DNA of 64,000 nt, taken from an uncultured Ignavibacteriales bacterium (GTDB lineage: Bacteria; Zixibacteria; MSB-5A5; GN15; FEB-12). Location of the stretch: positions 1 to 64,000 of the forward strand of contig CAYXJN010000003.1 in assembly GCA_964464605.1 (NCBI GenBank), read 5' to 3'. The notes under the pieces are model-generated. The model ran no database searches. It saw only the letters and a list, made by a program, of their open reading frames with translations, and had not been told where the DNA came from. The translations under genes and the position numbers were made by a program. This document shows, piece by piece, positions 40,435 through 50,985 of this stretch. Each line of letters starts with the position of its first letter. Within the stretch, counting starts at the first letter, position 1.

Positions 40435-43400
40435 GGCAAATCAGATGTCGTATGTCGAACTGCATACTCATTCCAACTTCTCATTCTTGGATGGTGCTTC
40501 GCACCCGCCTGAACTCGTTAAGCGAGCAAGTGAACTTGCCTATCCAACACTCGCTCTCACTGACAACAACGGTCTGTATGGAATTATCCAGTTTAGCGAA
40601 TCCTGCAAGTTGCTTGGCGTCCGACCAATAATCGGCTCAGAAATCACATTGGAGAATGATTCGCACCTTGTCCTATTGGTTAAGAACAAACAGGGGTATG
40701 TCAACCTCTCGCAACTACTGAGTAAAACACTATCGGAATCAGAAAAAGGTGTATGCAAAATAAAACCGGAATTGCTGAACAGTCACGCCGAAGGCTTGAT
40801 TGCCCTTTCCAGTTTCGAGTCCGGCAAAATCGGTGCGTCGCTCCAAGCCGACGACCTGTTTCAAGCCAAGCGAATCGCAAATCAGTACAGGGAGTTATTC
40901 GGTGCCGAAAACTTCTATCTCGAATTGAACAATCATCGACTCCCTACCCATTCGCTGTTACTTCAAAAGACCTCTGTACTCGGCAAAGAGTTAGCAATCC
41001 CATGCGTTGCGACCAATAGTGTCCGGTATGCAAAGAAAGAAGACCGAAAAATTCAGGATTTCCTTACTGCCATTCGGCATCATACAACGCTCGACAATGC
41101 CGGGCGGTTACTCTATCCCAATGGTGAACGGTACTTGAAACCGGCTAAAGCAATGAAATCCCTCTTTGCCAAATATCCCGAATCAATTGAAAACAGTGTG
41201 GTAATTGCATCTCGCTGTTATTTTTCCCGCGACTATCTTTCCACTTCATTGCCCGATTTTCCTGTTCCTCCCGGATATACAGCAGACAGATACCTTAGAA
41301 AGCTTGTCCAAGAAGGTGCCGAGCAGCGATACGGTGAAATCACCGAGCCAGTCAGCAGGCAACTTGAGCATGAACTATCACTCATCATCCGGCTCGATCT
41401 TGCCGGATATTTTCTTATCGTTTGGGATATTGTCCGCTTTTGTAGAGAGCATGAAATTCTCTGTCAGGGACGCGGCTCTGCCGCCAATTCAGTCGTTTGC
41501 TATTCCCTCGCTATTACTGCAATCGACCCCATTAAGCTCAAACTGCTATTCGAGCGGTTTCTTTCGGACGGACGGAAAGAACCGCCGGACATCGACATCG
41601 ACATTGCTCATACCCGGCGCGAAGAAGTAATTCAATATGTCTATGCCAAGTATGGCCGGGATCACGCCGCACTGGTAGCCAATGTTATTTGCTACCGAGC
41701 GCGATCAGCGGTTCGGGAAGTCGGTAAAGCAATGGGCTTCTCAATGGAAGATTGCAACAAACTCTCTAAGCTGCTCGATCACTACCGAGACGGCGAAGAC
41801 CTCAAAGAGCGGTTGCGGGAAGCTGGCTTTGACTTACAAAGTAAACGAATCAGCTTGCTCTTTGAGCTTGTCGGAAGGGTGCGCTCATTCCCCCGACATC
41901 TTGGTATTCATGTTGGCGGGATGGTCATCACGAAGACGCCACTCTCGCATACTGTACCGATTGAAAAAGCTACTATGCCAAATAGGACAGTGATTCAGTG
42001 GGACAAAGACGATACCGCCGACGCTCGGCTTGTAAAGATCGACCTGCTCGGACTCGGTGAATTGACCTGTATCGACATCGCCTTGAAACTGATTCAACAG
42101 CACAAGGGGATTGAAATCGACCTTGCCAAGCTGTCGTATGAAGACCCAAAGGTCTTTGACTTCATTTGCAAAGCAGAAACTCTCGGTGTCTTTCAGATTG
42201 AATCACGCGCTCAGATGATAACACTCCCTCGAATGAAGCCCCGTTCATTTTACGATCTTGTGGTGGAAGTCGCCATTATCCGTCCCGGCCCGATTCAAGG
42301 GGATATGGTTCACCCCTACTTACGCCGTCGCAACGGTGAAGAAGAAGTTACTTACCCACACCCGAATCTGAAACCCGTGTTAGAGCGCACGCTGGGCGTT
42401 CCGCTTTTTCAGGAACAGGGAATGCAGGTAGTGATGCTGGCCGCCGGATTTACGGCAGGTGAAGCAGACGAACTTCGCCGTGCAATGGGACATAAGCGGT
42501 CACATGAAAAAATGGCCGCTTTGTATCATCGAATTGTCGAAGGAATGGTTAAGAACGGGTACAAACCGGAAATGGCGGAAAAAGTGTTCATGCAATTGGC
42601 CGCCTTCGCTGACTTTGGCTTTGCGGAATCACACGCCGCTTCGTTTGCTCTCTTGGTCTATGTCTCCGCATGGTTGAAGCTCTACTACCCAACCGAATTC
42701 TATTGTGCTCTGCTTAACGCTCAACCAATGGGCTTTTACTCAACTTCCAGCATCGTTTTTGAGGGAAAGCGTCGTGGAGTCAGGTTCTTGCCAGTAAGTG
42801 TCACAGAAAGCCAGTGGCATTGCACGATGGAAGGGGATTCAGTTCGGATCGGATTTCGATTTATCAGTTCGCTTGGCAAAGCCGCCAAAGAGAAAATCGA
42901 ATCAGCCCTTGAAAAGGGGTGCTTCGTTTCACTCAGGGATTTTGTCCAGCGCACCGGACTATCTGAACGGGCTTTGACACAAATTGCCAAAGTTGGAGCC
43001 TTCAATTCATTGGGGAAAAGCCGGAGGGATTCATTGTGGGAGGTAATTGAAGTCGCCCAGCCGAATTTTCCCCCACTACCCCTATTTGACCAACCGGAAA
43101 CCAAGACCCAGTTTGAACCGATGGACTTGCAGCAAAAGCTCAAAACCGATTTCTCAGTCATGGGGCTAACAACCGGATCACACCCTATGACTTTGATTCG
43201 AGAGCGATTGAAGCGACAAAATGTGCTTTCATCGGCGGACTTTTGCACAGTATCTAATTCGTGTATAATTATTGTCGCTGGCTTGGTAATTATCCGCCAA
43301 CAGCCGGAAACCGCTAAGGGGATTATTTTCGCCACTCTTGAAGATGAATTCGGGTTTATCAATCTGGTTGTCAAGCCGCAATACAAGAAAAAGTACCGGG

Positions 43401-43543
43401 ATGCTTTTCTCTATTCCAACTGCCTGATGGTAAAAGGGAAGCTTGAACGGAAAGAATCGGTCGCCAACATCGTGGCTTTTGAATTTTCTGCAATCAACCT
43501 GAGAGAGACGGAAGTCCCGATTGCTTCGCGGGACTTCCGTTAG
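40427..43543 (+). CDS. dnaE2: Error-prone DNA polymerase III alpha (ImuC)
   Basis: PHP ELHTHSNFSFLDGAS, GRGSAANS, PPDIDID, FPRHLGIHVGG, C-terminal SRDFR. Start overlaps the imuB end. Confidence 0.97.
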   Translation: MTEANQMSYVELHTHSNFSFLDGASHPPELVKRASELAYPTLALTDNNGLYGIIQFSESCKLLGVRPIIGSEITLENDSHLVLLVKNKQGYVNLSQLLSKTLSESEKGVCKIKPELLNSHAEGLIALSSFESGKIGASLQADDLFQAKRIANQYRELFGAENFYLELNNHRLPTHSLLLQKTSVLGKELAIPCVATNSVRYAKKEDRKIQDFLTAIRHHTTLDNAGRLLYPNGERYLKPAKAMKSLFAKYPESIENSVVIASRCYFSRDYLSTSLPDFPVPPGYTADRYLRKLVQEGAEQRYGEITEPVSRQLEHELSLIIRLDLAGYFLIVWDIVRFCREHEILCQGRGSAANSVVCYSLAITAIDPIKLKLLFERFLSDGRKEPPDIDIDIAHTRREEVIQYVYAKYGRDHAALVANVICYRARSAVREVGKAMGFSMEDCNKLSKLLDHYRDGEDLKERLREAGFDLQSKRISLLFELVGRVRSFPRHLGIHVGGMVITKTPLSHTVPIEKATMPNRTVIQWDKDDTADARLVKIDLLGLGELTCIDIALKLIQQHKGIEIDLAKLSYEDPKVFDFICKAETLGVFQIESRAQMITLPRMKPRSFYDLVVEVAIIRPGPIQGDMVHPYLRRRNGEEEVTYPHPNLKPVLERTLGVPLFQEQGMQVVMLAAGFTAGEADELRRAMGHKRSHEKMAALYHRIVEGMVKNGYKPEMAEKVFMQLAAFADFGFAESHAASFALLVYVSAWLKLYYPTEFYCALLNAQPMGFYSTSSIVFEGKRRGVRFLPVSVTESQWHCTMEGDSVRIGFRFISSLGKAAKEKIESALEKGCFVSLRDFVQRTGLSERALTQIAKVGAFNSLGKSRRDSLWEVIEVAQPNFPPLPLFDQPETKTQFEPMDLQQKLKTDFSVMGLTTGSHPMTLIRERLKRQNVLSSADFCTVSNSCIIIVAGLVIIRQQPETAKGIIFATLEDEFGFINLVVKPQYKKKYRDAFLYSNCLMVKGKLERKESVANIVAFEFSAINLRETEVPIASRDFR

Positions 43544-43857
43544 AAGCGAAGGTAACTGCCTTTGGTATATGGGATCTAGGTCCTAAACTTCACTAAGCAG
43601 TAGTCTCGAACATCCGCCTGGCAAATGAAGGGCAAGTTCCATCATGTGAGCTGTGATTCATTGAGAATACCCAATCAGATGCATGCAGGCCCGTTTCCCA
43701 TATCGCAGAAGTCGTGCGCAAGCCGACGGCGTCACTTAGTTGCATGTTCTACCAGGCAACCGATTCCGATTGCGTTTGTAATTCTAGCTTCGTATCCATT
43801 CTATCTGTAAATGCACTAGTTGAGGAATTTTCATGGCATAAAGGAAGAAAGCCTCAT

Positions 43858-46800
43858 TTGGACTCGATTCGGCCCGTTCACATCATAATTACTGTTCATG
43901 GGATAAGAACTTTTGGGGAATGGCAGGAAACACTTGAGAGATCGATTAATCGGGGCGATCCTTCGAAGCTCGTATTGAGCTTTAGATTCGGATATTTCTC
44001 AAGCCTAGAATTTCTAATTCCTCCCTTCAGATGGATTCAAGTACGAAACTTTAGGAATTCTGTGAAGGCTATATGCGAACTTCATCCAGGAGCAAGAATT
44101 GACTTAGTTGGCCATAGCTTTGGAACACATTTGATTGGCTGGTCAATTCGGCACCTTGTGCTGAAATGTGGTTGCAAATTTCACACAGTAATCCTCGCAG
44201 GAAGCGTTCTAAAACCGAGATTTCGCTGGGAAAAGCTATTTCAGTGTGGCGGTATAAAGTTACTAGTGAATGATTGCGGCATTGAAGACAATATCTTGAT
44301 TCTTTCCCACCTATTTGCACCGTTCTCGGGAATGGCTGGAAGAGTAGGATTCTATGGTCTGACCGGTAATAACATGATCAACCGATACTTCCGTGGGGGG
44401 CACGGTCTCTTTTTTAAGAATCTCTCTGAAAATCGATGTCTGTTCATGGAAGAATACTGGCTCCCTCTTCTGGTCGGAAATGCCATCGTCGAGAGAGTTG
44501 ACCAGCGTTCGAAAGTCTCGATAGTCCAGGGCATTTTCATTTTTTCTGTACAGAATCTAGCCTTTGTTAAAGTGCTATTACTACTTATAGGATCTATCTT
44601 CCTTGTAAGTTCAATTGTAGATCAGCAAAGGAGAGCCGAAGATATTCGACTTCGGAGAAATGCAAGCGAACTCGCATTTCAAAGTTCATCTCTCCTCACG
44701 AGCGACCTCCTTAAGTCATTGTCCATAGCTGTCGAGGCCTGTAGTACTAAGATACTTCCCGAAACTCGATCAGCGTTGTTAGCCCCTCTAGTGGAACTGG
44801 AGTACGTCATTGGAATCGGAGACGTTGCAACCTACAACTCCCAGTTTAGTTTTGAGGGAGAGGACACGGTGGTGGTGGTTGACGCAAATGACATGTACCA
44901 AGAATCGCTAGGTAGGTTTACTTTCATTTCTCAACAGAATGGGAAATGGGTGTTGGAGAGTCCCATAAACGTAAGAGCTGATAGCTCGAATGTTGACCCA
45001 ATTGTCAAGTATCTGGATCAGGTAAATGCACAAGTATCCAACTCACTAAAGCACTTATCGAGCAACCCTGATCCAATAATTGTAGCGCTAAACAGTAGAT
45101 TCCTACTCGATAGGTGCGGTTCGAGTGTTGGCGTTTTTGACCGCTTTGGCCAAACCTCGTTTACAACTTCGCTTCGTGGCAGTTCACTCTGCGAATTCGG
45201 TGCGAATCACAATGTCTCGCGAGTTATATTTATTGATGGCGAGAGTGGAAAGGGCCAATCGATTTGGCGTGATCAAAGTGATTCGGCGTCTTGGCATGTC
45301 GCAAACATTAATCTGTCTCCCTTACCGCAAACGGGAGTGGGAATAGTCGCCGTGGGAGAATCTAGGGTGGCCGTTTCGGATCGTCTTAATTCTGATCTCT
45401 ACGTTTTTGACTTTTTCTCAGGAATGTACCTTTATGCAGAAAGATGGCCGACAGAAGAAGTCGGGGAAATTGAGACGATGAAATTCGTACCAAGTTCGGA
45501 CGCTTTGTGGATTGGCACCAAAGGAGGATACTTGCTACATGCCGACGTATCGAAACTGAGAGCACGTTGGTCTGCATACTTTCGCCCAATTACAGATCAA
45601 GCAATTGTCTCAATTGAATTTTCTGGTGATGGCGGTCGCTGCGCCGTTCTAGGTGATTCGGATACCTTGCTTCTCCTCGACACTCCAAGTCCAGATAGTA
45701 TTGATTCTCTATTCAATGATCTGAACGCCCCTACGACTCAGTTTAAGAACATGATGATGGGTAATACACTTCCACCTAGTCCAACTGTGAAAATCGGTGT
45801 GCCGGGACGCCGTCATCCCAAGATTCGTATGAGCCGGTCTGGAAATCGAATTGGCGCTCTTGACTCGGAGGGGCGACTCCTGATATTGGATTTAACCGGA
45901 GGAAGTCGTGTAGTCAACGAGGTTCGACAGTTGCCAAATCGATATTGGCGCGAGAAGATTCCGCCGGGAGATCCTTCGAATCCTTTGTCTACAGACATTT
46001 TCTATGCAATGTCTACGATGTACTCCCGCAACTGGGCTAACGGCAATTCAGTAGATATTGATAACGCGGGAAAGCTTCTGTCCTCCTGTGGTGACGATGG
46101 AGCTATCTATGTATGGGACATGGACTCCGACAGTCTATTGTGGAGTCAAGAGGCATTGTCGACAGAGATCGTGGAGGCAGAATTCACGCCGGACACTCAG
46201 TTGTTGGTGGTTGTTGGTGCAGACAATGTTAGTTTTTGGAACGCTTTGACCGGTAATGAGATTGGGGAAAGGATAAAGATCGATAATTGCAGAAGTTTGG
46301 CGATCAGCCCTGACGGACACTTCTTCGCGCTTAACACCGGCTCGGCATATCAAATTTGGTCGCTTACAGAACCAAGGCGGCTTCTATCCTCAGTCAGATC
46401 GAGTTCAGTGAACCTCATTGATTGTGAGTTCTCTGCCGACTCAAAACACTATGCAATTCCTACCGATCGTTCAGTGAACTTTGTTTCCACGGAACGCCTG
46501 GGAGAGGTGACGTCTATAAACGTAACGGATGCGACGAGGATAGTACGATTTTCACCGCAGGGCGGCCAATGGATAGCCGCAAGTGAAAAGAAAGTGTATA
46601 TTTACAAACCCACTTTAGACCAGCTCGATGAATTGGAATTACTCCCAGAGTGGGGTATTCCGTCAGACTTGGTGATCGTTAATGGCGGCCGCGAAGCTGT
46701 TATCGGAACCTCCAAGGGATTTCTTGTGATGTGTGACATTGAAGAGGTAAAATGGATAGGAGTAGTTTCGCAGCTTGACAAAGGAGGCATTTATAGCCTC

Positions 46801-46920
46801 ACGACAAACCCTATCGCCGAGACGGTTTTCGTTGGGATTGACAATTACTCAATCTATAGGATTGACATTGCGCCGGAATCCTGGTTCGAAATTGCCCATC
46901 AAAAGCGGATATCCGAATAG
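43858..46920 (+). CDS. Alpha/beta-hydrolase + TM + WD40-like beta-propeller protein
   Basis: ITVHGIRT, nucleophile motif GHSFG, GGHG, hydrophobic segment, WD-like repeats (LLSSCGDDGAIYVWD, LAISPDG, VRFSPQG). Start is uncertain (43714-43858). Confidence 0.8.
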   Translation: MDSIRPVHIIITVHGIRTFGEWQETLERSINRGDPSKLVLSFRFGYFSSLEFLIPPFRWIQVRNFRNSVKAICELHPGARIDLVGHSFGTHLIGWSIRHLVLKCGCKFHTVILAGSVLKPRFRWEKLFQCGGIKLLVNDCGIEDNILILSHLFAPFSGMAGRVGFYGLTGNNMINRYFRGGHGLFFKNLSENRCLFMEEYWLPLLVGNAIVERVDQRSKVSIVQGIFIFSVQNLAFVKVLLLLIGSIFLVSSIVDQQRRAEDIRLRRNASELAFQSSSLLTSDLLKSLSIAVEACSTKILPETRSALLAPLVELEYVIGIGDVATYNSQFSFEGEDTVVVVDANDMYQESLGRFTFISQQNGKWVLESPINVRADSSNVDPIVKYLDQVNAQVSNSLKHLSSNPDPIIVALNSRFLLDRCGSSVGVFDRFGQTSFTTSLRGSSLCEFGANHNVSRVIFIDGESGKGQSIWRDQSDSASWHVANINLSPLPQTGVGIVAVGESRVAVSDRLNSDLYVFDFFSGMYLYAERWPTEEVGEIETMKFVPSSDALWIGTKGGYLLHADVSKLRARWSAYFRPITDQAIVSIEFSGDGGRCAVLGDSDTLLLLDTPSPDSIDSLFNDLNAPTTQFKNMMMGNTLPPSPTVKIGVPGRRHPKIRMSRSGNRIGALDSEGRLLILDLTGGSRVVNEVRQLPNRYWREKIPPGDPSNPLSTDIFYAMSTMYSRNWANGNSVDIDNAGKLLSSCGDDGAIYVWDMDSDSLLWSQEALSTEIVEAEFTPDTQLLVVVGADNVSFWNALTGNEIGERIKIDNCRSLAISPDGHFFALNTGSAYQIWSLTEPRRLLSSVRSSSVNLIDCEFSADSKHYAIPTDRSVNFVSTERLGEVTSINVTDATRIVRFSPQGGQWIAASEKKVYIYKPTLDQLDELELLPEWGIPSDLVIVNGGREAVIGTSKGFLVMCDIEEVKWIGVVSQLDKGGIYSLTTNPIAETVFVGIDNYSIYRIDIAPESWFEIAHQKRISE

Positions 46921-47012
46921 GCTTTTGACGTTTACCTGAACTTGAATTAGCCTCTTGTAGTGGATTCCTGAAACTTGAGATGAGTGAGCCAGTGAGATTA
47001 CCAAGGTGTCTC

Positions 47013-47310
47013 TGACCTTTCCCAATTCGTTGGTCAATTCTTAACCTCATATCTTTCTTTATTTTGGTTTATCGATTTTCTAATGCCTTATGAAATCGCT
47101 GACGTCAGCTGGCAGAAGGAGCACAAGGGGCGATTCTGGTCGTAGTCCATCCGCCAGCGCTCATTCTTCGTTCGTGCGTCTCTGAGTTCAATGAATAGCA
47201 GATCATTGAGACACTTATCCCGAAACCAATCCTAGAATGGTTCGACAACGCCGTTCTGATGCGGTTAGCCGTGTGCGTAGAACTAATTATTTCTAGTGCC
47301 CAATGATTGC
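47013..47310 (-). pseudogene. IS3-family (IS407-like) transposase 3' remnant with its right terminal IR
   Basis: Minus frame 47258-47088 reads QNGVVEPF*DWFRDKCLNDLLFIELRDARTKNERWRMDYDQNRPLCSF, matching the IS3 pattern QNG..ESFNG..RDECLN...F..L..AR..IE.WR.DYN..RPHSSL. IS end TGACCTTTCCCAATTCGTTGGTCAA at 47013. Confidence 0.8.
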
Positions 47311-47320
47311 GCAACTTCCG

Positions 47321-48013
47321 CTATGCTACCGGATCAGCAACTCGCTCAATACACGCTGGCGAATCATTTACTGGCTTGTTCACTAACGTGGAAACCGAGA
47401 AATACTCCATTGCATCCGCCGAATACGGCTTGAGCAATTCAACTGCCTTCGCCCCCGACTTACTCAGGTCGAGCCATACTTCCTCGGCTTCACGCGGCAA
47501 AATCACAGGCATACGATCATGGAGCGGACTTATCAATTCATTGGCCGATGTCGTAATAATGGTAAACGTCTCAAGCTCCGATCCGTCCGGTTTCTTCCAC
47601 TTGTCCGAGAGGCCAGCGAAGGCGAACGGCTCCCCAGTTTTCAACGCGATACGAATCGGGCCGCGCTTGCCGTTGGGAAAGTCACGCCATTCAAAGAATC
47701 CGTCCGCCGGGATCATCACTCTGGAACGATCAATTAGCTTTCGGAACGACGGTTTTTCGGCCAGCGTTTCCGACCGGGCATTGATCATTTTGCTGGCAAA
47801 CGAATCGTCCGGTGCCCACGATGGTATGAGTCCCCATCGCATTGGCTTGAGTTTCCGGTTACCCCCATCTGACGTTATGATCGGCGCAAATTGAGTTGGA
47901 GCCATGTTGTAGCGCGGCACCAAATTGGTCAAAATGGTTTCCTCGATGTCATACAGCCCAAATCTCTCGGCCAGCAATGCCAGCACTAAGGCAATGGAAT
48001 ATCGACCACACAT
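47321..48013 (-). CDS. SOS response-associated peptidase (SRAP/HMCES/YedK family)
   Basis: N-terminal MCGRY, RYNMAPTQ, WGLIP.W, INARSET, GFFEW, HDRMPVIL. Confidence 0.96.
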   Translation of the reverse strand: MCGRYSIALVLALLAERFGLYDIEETILTNLVPRYNMAPTQFAPIITSDGGNRKLKPMRWGLIPSWAPDDSFASKMINARSETLAEKPSFRKLIDRSRVMIPADGFFEWRDFPNGKRGPIRIALKTGEPFAFAGLSDKWKKPDGSELETFTIITTSANELISPLHDRMPVILPREAEEVWLDLSKSGAKAVELLKPYSADAMEYFSVSTLVNKPVNDSPACIERVADPVA

Positions 48014-48420
48014 GGCCTCAAGATAGCGATTTACGCCCTACAATCAACCGGTCGCTCGGGCCGCCAGCATGTGCTGAATGAATGCTTTAAAAGTTCTACA
48101 AACTTCCATCGAGGGGAGCTTATGTTTTTTGCACTAACTAAAACCTACCACGACAAGATTACACCTTGTTTCCGATATCACGTATTCGAAAACGTAGAAC
48201 AGCCTAAAGCGTCAATACGGTAGTTATAAATTGCGGCCAAATACGATCCGAAGATAGTTTAATGTTTTGTAGTGAAACATTGATGAAGAACGAATTGCTT
48301 TGAAATTGGCAAAATTTCTTCGAACAGTCGTTTCAATCAGCATCGGCGCTCACCACCAAAAAACATTGACTCAGATAAGAGAAGTAACGTTTCTTTCCCC
48401 ATTCGACGAGAAAAACTATT

Positions 48421-50814
48421 ATGGCATTAGTACCAGGCGCGACAATAGGTCATTTCAGAATTATTCGCCTCCTTGGACAAGGTGGTATGGGCGAGGTATA
48501 TGAGGCAGCCGACACCAATCTCGACCGCCCTGTCGCTCTCAAAGTCCTGCTTCGCGACCAAAATACCCTTCCCGAACATCAGAATCCCATCCTTGCCGAA
48601 GCCCGGCGAGCAGCAAAAATCAACTCTCTTTACGTCGTCAAAGTGTGGGAAGTCTCCACTACCGACGGTGTTTCATACATCGCGATGGAGTATGCCTCCG
48701 GCCCTGACTTGCGCTCGATGATTCCTGTCGGAGAATTGAAGCTTGCATTAAATTTAATCCAGTGGATTGGTGAAGGAATACAAGCTGCACACAGTCAGGG
48801 GATTGTACACCGGGATCTAAAACCCGAGAATATTAAACTCAGTGAAAACGGTGAACCAAAGATTCTTGATTTTGGTCTTTCGGAAGATGTCGATTGCGAT
48901 ACAGTTGACATAACCGGTAAAATCACCGGTACGCTTCACTATTTGGCGCCGGAACAAATGAGCGGAGCACCGGCAACATTTCAATCCGATCTTTTCAGCT
49001 TCGGCACGATATGCTACGAATTGCTCACTGGCTCACGTCCGTTCGAAGGGTCATATCCTGCAAGTGTAATCTATTCGATTCTACATGAGGAGCCAATCCC
49101 TCCGACTGAACGACGCACTAATTTACCCGTCTGGATTGACGCATTTATCGGCAAGCTTCACGCAAAAAATCCGATCGATCGATTTCATGACATGAAAGCT
49201 GCTCTTGAGTTCCTTGAAGCATCCTGGAAAGGAACTGCTCAGCCAGCAAGTTTGGACTATAAGACGCGGCAGAGAAATGTAACCGTCGTTGATCTACGCA
49301 ATCTGTCAGGTGACCCAAACTGGAACTATTTTTGTCAAGGCTTCACTGAAGATGTCATTCGAGAATTAAGCCGACGCACCAAATTAACAGTCAATGCTGA
49401 ACCATCAACGGAAGTTGAGCGTGATGTTCGGGAAGTTTTTAAGCGTTGCCGTTCGGACTTTGTCGTGGCCGGGTCACTGCTTCGGTGGCTCGATAAAGTT
49501 AAACTTAATTTGGCAATTTACGGCAGCGACGGAAATCGACTTATTGCAGCTGAAAACCATGAAGGGGATGTTACCGACCTCTTTTCTATCCTGGCAAAGG
49601 CGGCCGAGCAAACATCGATGGTTCTTGCCAAGGAAAGCGGAGCCTCGGCGCTGCCTGTATCAGGCCCTCGCTCGACAGATGTTACGGCTTATGATTTGTA
49701 TTTGCGGGCAAGGAATTACTATCAGGGAAGCACGGCGCAGGATTTTAATCATGCTATCCAACTCTACAAGAAAGCGTTGGCAATAGAACCTGAGTTTGCA
49801 TTGGCCCATGCCGGTTTAGCCGACGTATACAGCTCACAGTACATGGCTTGGTACGAACGCACCAAAGAACGCATCGAGCTCGCTCAGCGGGAAGCAAATA
49901 CGGCGTTAACACTTAACCCTGAGCTTCCCGAAGCACACCGATCACTCGGCAGGTACTTCCAATTTATTGAAAATCCGATTGAAGCAGAACGATGCTTTAT
50001 ACATGCTATTGAGTTTGATTCGAAGTTTGCCCTTGGCTACCGATCGCTTGGATGGCTAAAGCGTGGGGTCGGCAATTATGACCAAGCCGCACATTTCGCA
50101 AGAAAGGCTTTAGAATTAGCACCGACAGACCTGGAAACTTTATTGCTGCTGAGTCTGATAAGTATCGATCAACGGCAATTCACACCGGCATTGGCAACTT
50201 TGCAGCGCGCAATTGAGCTGGGGCCAGATTACGGGCGAGCGTATTATAATCTTGGATGTGTCTACATGAAGTTGGGGGTATTTGATTTGGCGCTGGAAAA
50301 CTTTTTACAAGCAATTGAATTCAAAGGTGATCCCAATTGCTATACCGATGCCGGATACCTGTATGCGGCAACAGGGAAACATGAAGAAGCTAAGGAAATG
50401 CTTACGGCGTCGATAGAGCTCGGATACTTACCTTTTGTTGCACACTACTTTCTTGCTTTGGCGGAAATGGGTGAAGGCAACTCTGATAAAGCAAAAGCAG
50501 AGTTTGCCACGGTGGTAACACTTACGAACAAAGAAGCAGATGATCCTAATCTCGGCGATATTCACACGCTTGGTTTTCATGCGATGGCTTTGGCAGGTCT
50601 CGGACAACAGGATTCGGCCATACACATCTTGACGATTCTTGAACGACGGGGGGCAGACCAAGGGGAAGTTCTATTATGCGTTGCCAGAGCGTATGCTCTT
50701 TTAGGTGAAAAAACTAAAGCGGAGGAAGTTTTGAATCGCTCCTTCCACACCCATGCAGGTCCAACCCCTCGTGAAGTTGCAATCGACCCCCATTTTGTCA
50801 CGCTACGACGCTGA
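48421..50814 (+). CDS. Hanks-type Ser/Thr kinase with TolB-like and TPR domains (island copy)
   Basis: GQGGMG, VALK, HRDLKPEN, DFG, APE, followed by multiple TPRs. Confidence 0.93.
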   Translation: MALVPGATIGHFRIIRLLGQGGMGEVYEAADTNLDRPVALKVLLRDQNTLPEHQNPILAEARRAAKINSLYVVKVWEVSTTDGVSYIAMEYASGPDLRSMIPVGELKLALNLIQWIGEGIQAAHSQGIVHRDLKPENIKLSENGEPKILDFGLSEDVDCDTVDITGKITGTLHYLAPEQMSGAPATFQSDLFSFGTICYELLTGSRPFEGSYPASVIYSILHEEPIPPTERRTNLPVWIDAFIGKLHAKNPIDRFHDMKAALEFLEASWKGTAQPASLDYKTRQRNVTVVDLRNLSGDPNWNYFCQGFTEDVIRELSRRTKLTVNAEPSTEVERDVREVFKRCRSDFVVAGSLLRWLDKVKLNLAIYGSDGNRLIAAENHEGDVTDLFSILAKAAEQTSMVLAKESGASALPVSGPRSTDVTAYDLYLRARNYYQGSTAQDFNHAIQLYKKALAIEPEFALAHAGLADVYSSQYMAWYERTKERIELAQREANTALTLNPELPEAHRSLGRYFQFIENPIEAERCFIHAIEFDSKFALGYRSLGWLKRGVGNYDQAAHFARKALELAPTDLETLLLLSLISIDQRQFTPALATLQRAIELGPDYGRAYYNLGCVYMKLGVFDLALENFLQAIEFKGDPNCYTDAGYLYAATGKHEEAKEMLTASIELGYLPFVAHYFLALAEMGEGNSDKAKAEFATVVTLTNKEADDPNLGDIHTLGFHAMALAGLGQQDSAIHILTILERRGADQGEVLLCVARAYALLGEKTKAEEVLNRSFHTHAGPTPREVAIDPHFVTLRR

Positions 50815-50845
50815 TTTTTCCCCATCTACCATGAACCCTGCTCAA

Positions 50846-50873
50846 TTGACAATCTATCCGAATTGGGTATCTT
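50846..50873 (+). promoter_or_regulatory. Promoter upstream of the small ORF and secreted protein
   Basis: TTGACA-N16-TATCTT. Confidence 0.55.
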
Positions 50874-50985
50874 CTCAGTTAGCAGCTATCACGTTAAACA
50901 AGAAAATGGGTTTCATTTAACAACTTTGGACCCCCATCTTCGTTTTTGTTAAAAAGTCGTGTAACATCAAGCGCGGGAGAAAGGC

